This document shows positions 1 to 10,424 of a stretch of DNA of 64,000 nucleotides, in pieces. Position 1 is the first letter of the stretch. Each line of letters opens with the position of its first letter. The notes under the pieces are model-generated. The model saw only the letters and a program-made list of their open reading frames with translations, was not told where the DNA came from and did no database searches. The stretch lies in the IMG/VR virus record IMGVR_UViG_3300023218_000062, one strand, 5' to 3'. The stretch is from a virus. Taxonomy: Duplodnaviria > Caudoviricetes. Made by a program: the position numbers and the translations under genes.

Positions 1-66
1 TCTGCTAGAACACCATCCATATCTATAGCTATGGTGTATTCACTATTTTTGCTTTCTAATAATGTG

Positions 67-1264
67 TTAAGTTCCATTTTTTAATAATTGTTTTTTTGTT
101 AGCTTGAAATCACTATTTATCCACTCTTGCTTCAACTGGTCAAGTGTTCTACCTATTGAAGGTCCGGGTTTCATACCATGTTGCATAAGATCGTTTCCGT
201 TTACGGGAAAGGCGGGAGCATTCATAGCTTGTCTCACATTCTGTTTTATGGATTCATTATCTAAAAATATAGATAATTCCAAAACATGTTCCGGTTTTGT
301 TTTTCCAATTATGATATCCTCGATATAACGACCTTTCCCCTTATCTCGTTCAGGCATCAAAAACAATCCGAGATTTTTATATTCATTTGGAATTTTTAAA
401 TGATTTGCAAATTTAACGAAATCATTTAAATTAGAGAGCATAGGCGCTAATATTGTTATTGGATTATTAGATTTTTTGATATTCGTTCACTCTCCTTCAT
501 ACTTTGACTATTACATACCATATTGAGCAATTTGTCAATACCTACTTCACATATTCCTTCTAATGCATTCGCCATATTAGGATATGTAATTATTTTTGAT
601 AACTCTATCCAAATACGTTCACCAGAAACATTTTCTAATACTTTTACGTTATTTTTTACGTTTTTGAGTATATCTTGATTAGCTTTTTGGCCGGGATGTT
701 TAGCTAAAAATCTGAAATATCTTAATATTCTAAGATAATCTTCTTGTATTCTTTGATTTGAGTCACCGACGAAACTAGTATTATTAGAGCGTAAATCTTT
801 TAACCTGCCAAAATAATCGTGAAGTTTACCATCCATATCTACAGACATAGCATTATAGGTAAGATCCCTTCGTTTAGCATCTTCTTTAAAGATTTTGTCC
901 AGTCTACACTAGCATGTCTTCCATCAGTATCAGTGTCTACTCGAAGTGTAGTTATCTCATAGGGTTCTCCGTTTATAACAAAAGTTACTGTACCATGTTG
1001 CAAACCGGTTTCAATAACACGTATATTGTTCTCATCAGCAATTTTCAACATTTTATCTGGAATAGCAGTAGTGGCAAGATCTATATCTTTAGGACTCTTT
1101 CCTAATAGGGCGTCGCGCACGGCTCCACCAACTATACGTATTTCTTCTTCATATGATTTAAATAGATTGCCCAGCTTTTTAATATCTGGAGTAATTAATC
1201 GACTAAGATCAGGAGAGGATTGCTGTGATATTTCTAAGAGTTTCAATTTTTGTATTTTCTTCAT
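67..1264 (-). CDS. cca: CCA-adding tRNA nucleotidyltransferase (class II), split into 3 ORFs by two apparent single-base indels
   Basis: Motifs IVGGAVRD, DIDLAT, EITTLRVD, RIQEDYLRILRYFRF, ERIWIEL and C-terminal GxDL..G..PGP.IG; restoring one A at ~890 gives SLKEDAKRRDLTYNAMS joining ORFs 839-1264 and 456-848. Confidence 0.9.
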
Positions 1265-1324
1265 GCAGTCGAATAAAGGATTTCTTTACCCTTTTCTTTA
1301 CCGTATTGATCTATAAATTTTTGT

Positions 1325-1516
1325 TTATTTTTTTTGTATCCAGTCTTCAATTTTAGGGTCAGGCGGCGCTTCCTCAGATAATTGTACTAATTCCATAGGC
1401 AATTCCTTATCCTTAGTGTTTACATTATAAACATTTATTATATTATCGAAAAAATAGTATACCATGAAAATACAAACAGTGTTGAATGAAGTTCCTATAG
1501 GGGGGACATAGAACAT
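1325..1516 (-). CDS. hypothetical protein
   Basis: ORF track only; the true start may be internal. Confidence 0.3.
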   Translation of the reverse strand: MFYVPPIGTSFNTVCIFMVYYFFDNIINVYNVNTKDKELPMELVQLSEEAPPDPKIEDWIQKK

Positions 1517-2316
1517 GCTGGAGATTTTTCAAAGAACTCGTCATTTCGTCTCATTCCAGAGATAGAGCTATCGTTACTCATCCTGCTTCGATTCAAAACA
1601 TACGAAAGAAATTTGGAAATGTTAAACAAGATATCAACTTAATATTTGTTAATACTCCAGCAGGAAATAGCTTCTGCACCAGACGTTGAGGCACATTTGG
1701 GTAAAGAGGTTAGCGAAAAATTAAATAGAATACATAAAGATAATACTATAACCGTAATATTCACTAACATAATAAAGGCGATCAGCATTTCTCTATGACG
1801 CCTTGGATAATAGCACATAGAATGATGCATGCATTTGCATTTGCAAGAAAAAATGGGGCACAGTATGATAATTCTATTTATCAAAAAGCTGCGGACGAAA
1901 TTACTCATTTTTTGTCTAATTTACTACAATATTATGGAGTACGTAACATGCCCTCAAAATATAGAGGAATGAGAATGAAACATTATTGTGATGATTCTAT
2001 GAGGCAGAATCAACTTATAATGAAAAATTTCTTTCAAGAAGTTGCGACTTTCAAATCAGCCAGAGACAAGAAGCTGAGAGACTGGTTTGAGGTGATAAAT
2101 GAATTAGGGGCGCAATATATTATCACCGGTAAAGTAGAATTCAAAGACCCCCCCCCTACTTCATTTAACGCCAATAAACAAACTTATAGCATGGATAGAA
2201 ATGATAGAATAGTTTATTCCGAATTAGAAGGATATCTAGATTCCATGGCTGGCTCTTTTGAAAGAAAAATGGAACAAATGCTAAATGGACACATTGGAAA
2301 GATTTATATAATGTAA
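1464..2316 (+). CDS. hypothetical protein with MKIQTVLNE leader, frameshifted in its 5' part
   Basis: ATG at 1464 (MKIQTVLNEVP), indels near the G-run at ~1500 and further on; the 173-aa ORF 1795-2316 is the C-terminal part. Confidence 0.55.
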
Positions 2317-2548
2317 ATCATTCTTCTATACTATTAAGATTGGATTTTAAATTTTCGAGTTCATACAAAATATCATCTAATGATATAAAGTCAATTTCAC
2401 CAGAATTTTTTAATTCTTCTAAACTTTCTACAAGATCGCCAATTTTAATTATTGTTTCTTCCATTTAAATATTACTCCGTTTTTAAAGGTTTACCTGAGT
2501 ATATATCACTCGATATAAATAGTTATAGAAAATGAAACTGGTACTAGC

Positions 2549-2884
2549 ATGTCATTAGTAAAATTTTTAGAAGAAAAGTCACTTGAAAATAAAAACTCGT
2601 TATTTGAAGCTGAGTATAAAGGTAACAAAGTAGAATTGAACCAACCATTCAGGACGCCAGATGGCCCTAAAAAGTTTTCTGTATATGTAAAGAATGATAA
2701 AGGAAATGTGGTAAAAGTTAATTTTGGATCACCTGATATGGATATCAAAAGGGATGATCCAGAAAGACGGAAATCTTTTAGAGCAAGACACAAATGTTCT
2801 GAACAAAAAGATAAAACCACTGCAGCATATTGGAGTTGCCGTATGTGGGAAAAAGATACAACTGTAAGTGAGGTTATTGATTAA
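2549..2884 (+). CDS. conserved T4-like phage protein (DUF6321-like)
   Basis: KKFSVYVKNDKGNVVKVNFG...RRKSFRARHKC...AAYWSCRMW signature; TATAAATA late promoter at 2514-2521. Confidence 0.75.
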   Translation: MSLVKFLEEKSLENKNSLFEAEYKGNKVELNQPFRTPDGPKKFSVYVKNDKGNVVKVNFGSPDMDIKRDDPERRKSFRARHKCSEQKDKTTAAYWSCRMWEKDTTVSEVID

Positions 2885-3147
2885 TGTTTACATTTAATTA
2901 TGATTTTGAACCCGGAGATACAGCATTTGCCGTCACTGAAGGAACATGCGTGGATGAAGTAAGAATATTACAACTTACGTTTGTTACTTTTCTAAATAAT
3001 GATGATGTTGTCCAAGAGAATGTACATTATATTGCTATGAAAAAAGTTGATGATACTACAGTTAGAGTGACACCAGAATATATATTTGAGACATTAGATT
3101 TAGCCCTAGACCATGTAAAGAGCGAAATACAGTCTCAGAGCGCATGA
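2884..3147 (+). CDS. hypothetical protein
   Basis: 87-aa ORF translationally coupled to the upstream gene (TAATG overlap). Confidence 0.65.
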   Translation: MFTFNYDFEPGDTAFAVTEGTCVDEVRILQLTFVTFLNNDDVVQENVHYIAMKKVDDTTVRVTPEYIFETLDLALDHVKSEIQSQSA

Positions 3148-3155
3148 GAAGCTCT

Positions 3156-3356
3156 CTAACCGAATAGAAGTTGTTTATTGTCTTCGGTTACGGGTATAAT
3201 GTTGCAGCCCTCTCTAAGGCTCTTAGGTAGAGAACTAACACGCATTTCAGCAAGGTGCTTCGACGTTTCTATCCCAATTTCATTTCCATCTTTATCCAAT
3301 ATTTTATATTTTACAGCACTTTCGGTATCTGTTATCATATTTTCATTATCAAACAT
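3156..3356 (-). CDS. hypothetical protein
   Basis: 66-aa ORF with phage-like composition. Confidence 0.55.
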   Translation of the reverse strand: MFDNENMITDTESAVKYKILDKDGNEIGIETSKHLAEMRVSSLPKSLREGCNIIPVTEDNKQLLFG

Positions 3357-3422
3357 TTTCTTAACCGTTCTGGTGTGTCGTATTTATCATTTCCTTTTGT
3401 GAGTGTTAAAAAAGATATAGTT

Positions 3423-3863
3423 TTAAATATAATAAACATCAATCTCAATACCTACATTTTTTTCTACTTCTGATACGATTTTGGATACTTGGGTCCACTC
3501 TAACCCACCCAATCCAACACCAATTTTAGGCATTTTTAATTTCATATTTTTATGTTTAGCCCATTTTGCAGCAAGAGTTAATGATTTTCGTATTGCGTTT
3601 AAATCAGCATAAGGTCCACCAGATCTACCGTAATATTCTTGTGTAAAACAGTTTCCAATAACAAATCCTTCTTCAATTGTAACTGGCTGAAATGTGCCTA
3701 AAAGGTGCTTACCCTTTCCCTTTTTTGCATACTCTTCAAATACTATAGGCCATTTGTCCCGTATTTTCTTTGCAATCCCAGATCCCATTTTTTTTTGACA
3801 GTTGACCCCATGTATAAGGAGTCCACTGGTATTTTTTAGTATATCCTCTTTTATCAGATTCAT
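3423..3863 (-). CDS. macrodomain protein (Poa1p/DarG-like ADP-ribose hydrolase)
   Basis: IHGVNCQKKMGSGIAKKIR, GNCFTQ..YG, MPKIGVGLGGLEW motifs. Confidence 0.9.
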   Translation of the reverse strand: MNLIKEDILKNTSGLLIHGVNCQKKMGSGIAKKIRDKWPIVFEEYAKKGKGKHLLGTFQPVTIEEGFVIGNCFTQEYYGRSGGPYADLNAIRKSLTLAAKWAKHKNMKLKMPKIGVGLGGLEWTQVSKIVSEVEKNVGIEIDVYYI

Positions 3864-4054
3864 TTGTTTTCTTTAAAGTCTTTCCCCATATGAATATCAG
3901 ATTATAACCTAATGCTCATATCAAGTCAACCCTGTTTATTGTTTCTGTATAAAGTTTACCGTCAACAAACATTCGGATTTCTTAAAACTTTAGTAATTAA
4001 CTCCTTATGTTTTTTAAAATATCTATCTGTTTAAATTATAAAACTATTAAATAT

Positions 4055-4086
4055 AAAAAATCCCCCAGTAAAGGGGGATTAATTTT
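4055..4086 (-). terminator. intrinsic terminator
   Basis: AATCCCCC-AGTAAA-GGGGGATT hairpin flanked by A/T runs. Confidence 0.75.
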
Positions 4087-4106
4087 TACTCGTAGTGTTT
4101 AATTTT

Positions 4107-4259
4107 TTAGTTTGGTCTGATGGGGCCGCCTCCGCCTCCGCCGCCGCCGGCACCGGGGCCTCCGTCATTATCATTCTTATTACTCCGAATTTTTCTAACA
4201 ATTACGAATCCTACTATTGAAACTACGACACCTATTGCTACTATTATTTCAACATTCAT
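4107..4259 (-). CDS. 50-aa single-pass membrane protein with a Gly-rich tail (missed by ORF track)
   Basis: MNVEIIVAIGVVVSIVGFVIVRKIRSNKNDNDGGPGAGGGGGGGGPIRPN; GGAG Shine-Dalgarno upstream. Confidence 0.7.
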   Translation of the reverse strand: MNVEIIVAIGVVVSIVGFVIVRKIRSNKNDNDGGPGAGGGGGGGGPIRPN

Positions 4260-4297
4260 ATCTATTCTCCTTTTATATAGATTTTTTAGTCTTTGTC

Positions 4298-4555
4298 TTA
4301 CACCCGTGTAAAGTATTTATTCAAATCAGTAAATCCACCAATATATTCTATCGTACCATCTGTTATAAAAAATATCTGAGGAACTGTTTTAATTTTAATA
4401 TCAAATCCAATTTTGTTTACCATTTGTTGGATATCTTCTTTTGTAACATCGACGCCAACTTCAGCTTCTTCGTATTCGATATTTTTGTTATTTAAAAGTT
4501 CCTTAGCTTTAACGCAATATGGACAATTCTTTTTAGAAAAAATACGCGCTTTCAT
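4298..4555 (-). CDS. glutaredoxin
   Basis: CPYC active site, TVPQIF and YIGGFTDL motifs. Confidence 0.92.
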   Translation of the reverse strand: MKARIFSKKNCPYCVKAKELLNNKNIEYEEAEVGVDVTKEDIQQMVNKIGFDIKIKTVPQIFFITDGTIEYIGGFTDLNKYFTRV

Positions 4556-4644
4556 TTATAGGTCTCCTTGTCTTGATTTTTTGATTTTCTTTGCTTTATT
4601 AATGAAAAGCATTTCAAATTACTCAAACCTTGCTAAATCTTAAT

Positions 4645-5265
4645 CTGACAACTCCCCTCGCTAAAGCAAGGGGATTCTTGTTTCACAGTCCTGTGCATTG
4701 ATGCTCGATACTGCAACATCTTTAGTCTTATCATGGACTCCACAAGCTAGCTCCGTGAGTCCTGCGGTTAATATATTTTTAGCTGCATTAATATCTCTAT
4801 CATGGGTTGCTCCGCAACCCTCACAGCTAAATTTACGTACATTCAATGGCATAGAGCCATGTAAGTGACCACAACTTGAACATGTTTTACTAGAAGGATA
4901 CCATCTATTTACTTGATGGAACATTCTTCCATACCATTCAGATTTATATTTCAACAGGTCTACAAATTTAGACCACGATACATCTGAAATGGCTTTGCTC
5001 AGTTTACGATTCTTGATCATGTTACTCACAGCTAGGTCTTCCATGATTATCACTTGGTTCTCGTTAACAATCTTGGTAGACAACTTGTGCAGAAAATCAT
5101 TTCTGCTGTCAACTATTTTCGCATGTGTACGTGCTACTTTTTGTTACAGGTTTTTATGTATTATACATCTATTTAGTAAATTTGACAAGTGGTACATATT
5201 TTTGTCATATTATATTCTTTTAGAGTCTATCCCCTCTCTGAAGGAAGGGGTCTGTTTGTTTTTTG
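4645..5265 (-). mobile_element. internally deleted IS200/IS605-family element retaining both end hairpins
   Basis: Left-end hairpin CCCCTTCCTTCAGAGAGGGG (~5231-5250) and right-end hairpin CCCCTTGCTTTAGCGAGGGG then AGTTGTCA (~4646-4673), enclosing a tnpB fragment; inserted after ATGAT; exact ends inferred. Confidence 0.75.
4661..5145 (-). pseudogene. tnpB: TnpB C-terminal fragment (RuvC-II, zinc finger, RuvC-III only)
   Basis: VARTHAKI..RNDFLHKLST, IMEDL, SSKTCSSCG, CEGCG..HDRDINAAKNIL; N-terminal half absent. Confidence 0.88.
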
Positions 5266-5565
5266 ATCATTAATATCTTTTTCTTCTGTATTTTTCGGTC
5301 TACCGCCTTTATCCTTATCTTTTGACTTATATGTTTCGATTTCAGCCTTTTTGAAAAAATGATCTCTTCGCCCCTCTTCTGGCTGATATGATTTTACCTC
5401 CCCATTTGCCACTAATTGGCGAACCCTAGACATTTCAACCCCCAATATTTTGGCAGCTTGGGCTGATGTTATTAAATCGCCCATCTTTCCCGGAGGAGGG
5501 GCGTTTCTAACAGTTTTGGATTCATCACCCTCATTAATTGCTTGTAACAGTTTATTTATTTTCAT
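5227..5565 (-). CDS. excisionase/MerR-like (HTH_17) DNA-binding protein
   Basis: LITSAQAAKILGVEMSRVRQLV..G pattern; its last codons come from the IS left end. Confidence 0.7.
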   Translation of the reverse strand: MKINKLLQAINEGDESKTVRNAPPPGKMGDLITSAQAAKILGVEMSRVRQLVANGEVKSYQPEEGRRDHFFKKAEIETYKSKDKDKGGRPKNTEEKDINDQKTNRPLPSERG

Positions 5566-5872
5566 TCTTATTTTCTTTATATATGCAACTATAATTATTC
5601 ATCTCATTTTCAGTAAGATATATTGTATTTTGTTGTAAACTTTCTATTTTTATGATTATAGGGCAGGTGTTTTGTTTGATAATATCTGAGCAATTATTAG
5701 CTTGTATATGTTTAATATCATGCACCGGAGATTCCACAATAAATGATCGTTTGTCATCATACTTATGTTGACAATCAAAAAATGTTTCAGGTAGGTCATT
5801 GTAAGCAGTTGCACAACTACATACAAGTATGCCCATTATTAAAGAGAGTATAACAGTTTTTGTAAAATCCAT
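5552..5872 (-). CDS. putative lipoprotein
   Basis: Hydrophobic N-terminus ending LVCSC (lipobox-like); TATAAATA on the minus strand at 5906-5913. Confidence 0.55.
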   Translation of the reverse strand: MDFTKTVILSLIMGILVCSCATAYNDLPETFFDCQHKYDDKRSFIVESPVHDIKHIQANNCSDIIKQNTCPIIIKIESLQQNTIYLTENEMNNYSCIYKENKNENK

Positions 5873-5951
5873 ATATATATATATATCATCATTTTTACCT
5901 TAGTATTATTTATAATCCATAACCAAAAATTATTATCAAAAATTGACATTG

Positions 5952-6218
5952 TCAATTTTTGATTTCTTTTACATAGAATTTTTTGCGTCGTCGTCGTTTT
6001 GGCTTCCATTTTTTTCTTCTAATTTTTGGCTTTTTCTTGAATGTGTAATGCTCTTTTAAATATTGTTCTAAAGAACACATACCAACATTAAGGCCATATT
6101 CAAAATATTTATTTTCGTGTATATAATTAGATAGATTATATTTATTGATTAATATAACTGTATTAAATTCTACTACGTCAATGAACTCTTGTTTTTTATT
6201 TTTCATTATTTTTCTCAA
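5952..6218 (-). CDS. hypothetical protein, basic C-terminus
   Basis: ORF in a co-oriented minus-strand run. Confidence 0.5.
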   Translation of the reverse strand: MRKIMKNKKQEFIDVVEFNTVILINKYNLSNYIHENKYFEYGLNVGMCSLEQYLKEHYTFKKKPKIRRKKWKPKRRRRKKFYVKEIKN

Positions 6219-6795
6219 AACAGTTTAGAATTTTATTTAATGACTCATATATTTTATTATTAAAAGGATATTCTACAACATTATTAATATTACAATAAAA
6301 AATAGTGTTATTATAAATGAAAAATAATCTTTCATATTGGTGTTGTTGATATTTTATTCCAAAAATAAAAGAACATATATTAGTCTGCTTTCCATTATTT
6401 TCATAAAAATATATTGCATTAGGGTTTTTTTCCATTTTAATTTTTATTTCTCTTAACATATTATGTATAATGTTAGGATCACTTATCACAAGCGTATTAT
6501 TTTTCCATGATAAAAATTTAATTAGGGGTGTAAGATTCTCACATGTTTCCGTTTGATAATATATTAAATTTTTATCATTTTTATCTGGAAATTTTATATG
6601 ATTATAAAGAAATATATCAGATAGATCTATAATAAAAATATTATTGCTATTAGTCTTTTTTAAAACTAAATTAAATCCATCAAGTTTTATAGTATCACAT
6701 TTTTTAATGACTGAATTAAAAATACTATTTTCTTGATTTAATGGAATAGATTTTATTTTATATAGATACTTAAATCTAGACATATGATTCTCCAA
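6196..6795 (-). CDS. hypothetical protein
   Basis: 199-aa ORF overlapping its neighbours. Confidence 0.6.
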   Translation of the reverse strand: MENHMSRFKYLYKIKSIPLNQENSIFNSVIKKCDTIKLDGFNLVLKKTNSNNIFIIDLSDIFLYNHIKFPDKNDKNLIYYQTETCENLTPLIKFLSWKNNTLVISDPNIIHNMLREIKIKMEKNPNAIYFYENNGKQTNICSFIFGIKYQQHQYERLFFIYNNTIFYCNINNVVEYPFNNKIYESLNKILNCFEKNNEK

Positions 6796-7198
6796 ATAAA
6801 TCTAACATCATTTGTTTAACTTTTTTATCATTCATTTTGTCTATTTTTTTCATTATAGAATTAAAATATGCACATTCTACAGAATTAAGGCTATCATATT
6901 TTTGTGATATATTCCGTTTAATAAAACTCCTAACGTCATCATCAAAATATTGTTTAGTTAATTTTTTTAACATAGAAACTGATTTGATCGTCCCCCGTTC
7001 AACTTCATTTTCTCTATCTGTTACTATTAAATATTTGTATGAATTTAATCCTAACCATATATTCATGTAAGTAGATATGAATGGTGTTATTTTCTCTCTT
7101 GAAAATGTTTCATTAAATAATGGGTTTAGAATAAACCCCTCTTTAAATATATCTTCATTTATCATGTGTTTAACAAACATTAAGTCTCTCCCCTTCAA
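6776..7198 (-). CDS. hypothetical protein
   Basis: 140-aa ORF in the run. Confidence 0.6.
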   Translation of the reverse strand: MKGRDLMFVKHMINEDIFKEGFILNPLFNETFSREKITPFISTYMNIWLGLNSYKYLIVTDRENEVERGTIKSVSMLKKLTKQYFDDDVRSFIKRNISQKYDSLNSVECAYFNSIMKKIDKMNDKKVKQMMLDLFGESYV

Positions 7199-7679
7199 TT
7201 ATAGTATGTGTATCTTCATCGTACTCTTGGTAAATAATCTCTGCCTCTCTAAACATGTCTAGAGAATGCTGAACAGATTCTTTCCATTTGTTATTAACGT
7301 GGACATAACTAGCTCCGTTAGATGTTCCATTTATACTATCTACTGTAACAGTTTTTATGCCACTTTGTATGATTCCTATAGCACAAGAAGAACAAGGTGC
7401 ATGTGTGATAAACATGCACCCATTCTCGACAGACGATCTACATAAATCTATAGCGTTTCGTTCAGCATGTGCCACATAATGATACTTCAACGGACGCTCA
7501 AGACGTTCAGGCGCGTCTAATACACCCATAGGATTTCCATTATAGCTCCATGAAAGGGGCAATCCTCTTTCATTTACTATAACACATCCCACTTTAGTGC
7601 TCTTATCTTTAGACCATGTGGATACTAGTTTAGTCAACTGAAGATGTCTTTTTATCCACTTGGGATCATTTATATTCAT
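7170..7679 (-). CDS. dCMP deaminase
   Basis: WSKD.STKVGCVIV, HAERNAI and PCSSCA zinc-binding motifs. Confidence 0.92.
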   Translation of the reverse strand: MNINDPKWIKRHLQLTKLVSTWSKDKSTKVGCVIVNERGLPLSWSYNGNPMGVLDAPERLERPLKYHYVAHAERNAIDLCRSSVENGCMFITHAPCSSCAIGIIQSGIKTVTVDSINGTSNGASYVHVNNKWKESVQHSLDMFREAEIIYQEYDEDTHTIIEGERLNVC

Positions 7680-7680
7680 A

Positions 7681-8007
7681 TTAAGAGAGCCTTCTAAAAA
7701 TCAACTGTAGTTCTTTAACCAAAAATTTTCTTTCTTTTTCGTTGATTTTATTAGGCCATTTTACTATTATTTTGTCACCTGTATAATAATATTTACCAAA
7801 AAAATGCCCATTTACTTCATAGGTGAATAGAGATTCTTCTGGTTTAAATAAAATTACTCTCTTCTCTGGTCCAGAAGTATCAGAAAAGAGGATAGAGTTT
7901 CCTACGTTACTAATTTGAAAACGGTTATCATATGACCGTTTGGGTGATGACAAAATACTTTCAATTGATCTGTCTATATAAAAAATATTATTCTTTGTTG
8001 TATTCAT
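7681..8007 (-). CDS. hypothetical protein
   Basis: 108-aa ORF between the ATPase and the deaminase. Confidence 0.6.
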   Translation of the reverse strand: MNTTKNNIFYIDRSIESILSSPKRSYDNRFQISNVGNSILFSDTSGPEKRVILFKPEESLFTYEVNGHFFGKYYYTGDKIIVKWPNKINEKERKFLVKELQLIFRRLS

Positions 8008-8009
8008 TA

Positions 8010-9989
8010 TTATTTCTCCCGTAGTTTTTTAATAAAATCTGACATTGATATATTATCAGACATATCATTTAGAGTAATCCTCAAAAGATTTAATAATATT
8101 TCCATTCTAGGATTGTGTCTAGCGTAACCGATAATTTTATAAGTGAAGTTTTCGTCAGCTAGTATGGTTATTAGATTTTTTACTATATTTGTTCGATCAT
8201 TCAAATTGTGATCCATAATAAAGGCTTCAACTCTAGGTTTGTTGCTTTTTCGTAGAAGTTTGTTGAATGCTACCCAAAATGTGTTTTTGAAACTATTATC
8301 TTGCGATAGGAAAACTCTACCTGCATCTTCATGTGAAAAAAATGTTGCCAATTCGTTAAATCGTTCGAGTCTTTCATGTGACGAATAAAGGCCCCCATTT
8401 GATTTTATCTTTATCATAAAGTTGTTCAAAATCTCCACCTCATCTCCAACTTTGACATCAATTTTTTCAATTTCGCCTTTTACTTCATAATTAGAGTTTA
8501 TCCATTCATCAATGGAGTTCTTTTTGGCATGGGTAAGACCGTTTCCTCTAGCATTTGTAGCTTCTTTAAGAACATTATACACTTTTTCGTTCTTACCCAT
8601 TTTATTTAAGCCGTTACGAATGTTGCTAGGAGACATTTTAGAGAATATCAATAACATTTTTTCATCTTCTAACATAGGAACCAGTTTTTCAAAAACATCT
8701 TCCTTACCAGAAAGAATTTTTTCCATCAATACCTTGAATAGACTTTCGTCAGCTAATTCTTTGGATATTTCATCATTTGTCATATCCCCCTTTAAGATAT
8801 TCTTGATTCTTTTATTATACGGGCCATCGTTTAATTGTTTCATAAGCTCCGTAGTAGGAACATTTTTTGGTAATATATCTTTCACATCCCCGCCCCTGCT
8901 CCATATATCCATGGCGTAATCTAACCGGCGGGGGGAAATCCTGCCTTTTAATCCATCACTAAGAGAATTCCACCAATCACATGCCGCGATACCATTATCA
9001 GTACCGTATTTCTTCTTAAAATAAGGTTTACTAACAGTATACGGTAGGTTCATAAAGATATGAAATCTGTCTAACTGCGCAGGATCAATTTTTTCTACAT
9101 CGTATACCATTCCATCATCATCTTCTTCGGGGGGATTGATAGCTGCCCATACCAGTTTTAGATTATTGAATTTATGTCCATTGATACTTTTGAATTGCAT
9201 CAGTTCCATAACAGCGTTTCTTACCTTCTTGGGGCTATTGTGAACGAACACTCCTGATCCTGTAGCAAAATTTTCATATGTATCTACTGTTATATCATAT
9301 ACATCTTCATAACCATCTTCTTCGATAGATATTATTCTAAGATTATAACGTACACGATGTGACATAAGAGGATCATTTACATGCAGATTACGAGCATCTT
9401 CATATTTTCCAGTTGTAAGTAAAAATGGATGATCTTCAGTACATCGTATTATTGAACCATTATCCAATGTTATCTTTAGTATATTTGCGTTATTTTCGGT
9501 TTTTCTGGCAGAGTGGCCTCGACCGATGGCCACTTTATTATTAGTAGTATCGTAACTATATACAAAAAATTCTTTCCTATTAACTAATTCTCTTATAGGA
9601 ACAGATTTCCCTTCGGCCAATTGAATTAATGTGTCACCAGTTAAACACCTATTAAATTCGTCAAAAAATATAGCCTTCACTTGATCTTTAGCCAATGCTT
9701 CAGGACGAACCAGAGTGAGAAAGGTATTTCCATTTTCATCAGTCTTTTCTTTAGGGACTCCGATGAAATCTACCCACGGGTCCATAGTAGCAGCAGAAAA
9801 GGATAACCAATCTTTACCGTACATTTCGTTGAACAGATTTTCTATAATAGAAGTCTTGCCAACACCATGCTTTCCGCTGAATATAACATTATATTCATTT
9901 TCAGCCCAAAATTTAAGTTTTTGGTTGCTTATTGCCATTAATTTGTCTCCTTTTTTATCATATGGGAAGCAGTATACCCGACTTGACAA
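8010..9989 (-). CDS. MoxR/dynein-like AAA+ ATPase containing a mini-intein
   Basis: Walker A GKHGVGKT, Walker B FFDEFNR, sensor AAINP, DPAQLDRF, SPRRL. Confidence 0.88.
   Translation of the reverse strand: MSSRVYCFPYDKKGDKLMAISNQKLKFWAENEYNVIFSGKHGVGKTSIIENLFNEMYGKDWLSFSAATMDPWVDFIGVPKEKTDENGNTFLTLVRPEALAKDQVKAIFFDEFNRCLTGDTLIQLAEGKSVPIRELVNRKEFFVYSYDTTNNKVAIGRGHSARKTENNANILKITLDNGSIIRCTEDHPFLLTTGKYEDARNLHVNDPLMSHRVRYNLRIISIEEDGYEDVYDITVDTYENFATGSGVFVHNSPKKVRNAVMELMQFKSINGHKFNNLKLVWAAINPPEEDDDGMVYDVEKIDPAQLDRFHIFMNLPYTVSKPYFKKKYGTDNGIAACDWWNSLSDGLKGRISPRRLDYAMDIWSRGGDVKDILPKNVPTTELMKQLNDGPYNKRIKNILKGDMTNDEISKELADESLFKVLMEKILSGKEDVFEKLVPMLEDEKMLLIFSKMSPSNIRNGLNKMGKNEKVYNVLKEATNARGNGLTHAKKNSIDEWINSNYEVKGEIEKIDVKVGDEVEILNNFMIKIKSNGGLYSSHERLERFNELATFFSHEDAGRVFLSQDNSFKNTFWVAFNKLLRKSNKPRVEAFIMDHNLNDRTNIVKNLITILADENFTYKIIGYARHNPRMEILLNLLRITLNDMSDNISMSDFIKKLREK
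9237..9647 (-). mobile_element. 137-aa mini-intein (Hint domain, no homing endonuclease)
   Basis: Begins CLTGDT, block B TEDHPFL, block F VYDITV, ends VHN followed by Ser (+1); inserted right after DEFNR. Confidence 0.93.
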
Positions 9990-10045
9990 ATGATGTCAAC
10001 AAGCGTAGAATATGTAAATTCAAATAACTACAATAGAGTAAAAAG

Positions 10046-10420
10046 ATGAATAAATTGACTGAAAAATTTTTAACTGAAAATAATGCAAGCTTAACTGCTA
10101 TTAAATTTGTAGAAAATAATAAATTAATAGGATTTCCATTTGATCTATTGGATAAAGTCAAGGGTGATCATAAAGGTTATGTCGAGTGGTTAAAGGATAA
10201 CAAAGATAACATTAGGGAATATGATTCCGATAATAATGTAATTCATCATAAAAATTCTAATGGATTTGAATATTGGAAAGAATATGATTCCAATAATAAT
10301 GTAATTTATCATAAAAATTTTAATGGATATGAATATTGGAATGAAATTGAATATTATAATGATGGACGGCTTAAGAGATTTAACGAATTAGAAATTCCAT
10401 GGTTTGAGAAAGCGAGGTAA
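10046..10420 (+). CDS. hypothetical protein with internal EYDSNNNVIxHKNxNGxEYW repeats
   Basis: Two tandem ~20-aa repeats; C-terminus shared with remnants at ~25.9 kb and ~32.6 kb. Confidence 0.65.
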   Translation: MNKLTEKFLTENNASLTAIKFVENNKLIGFPFDLLDKVKGDHKGYVEWLKDNKDNIREYDSDNNVIHHKNSNGFEYWKEYDSNNNVIYHKNFNGYEYWNEIEYYNDGRLKRFNELEIPWFEKAR

Positions 10421-10424
10421 CTAT

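Noticed and set aside
4120-4311. Plus-strand poly-proline ORF
   Set aside because: Shadow of the minus-strand Gly-rich membrane peptide (4107-4259), which has a clear SD and terminator.
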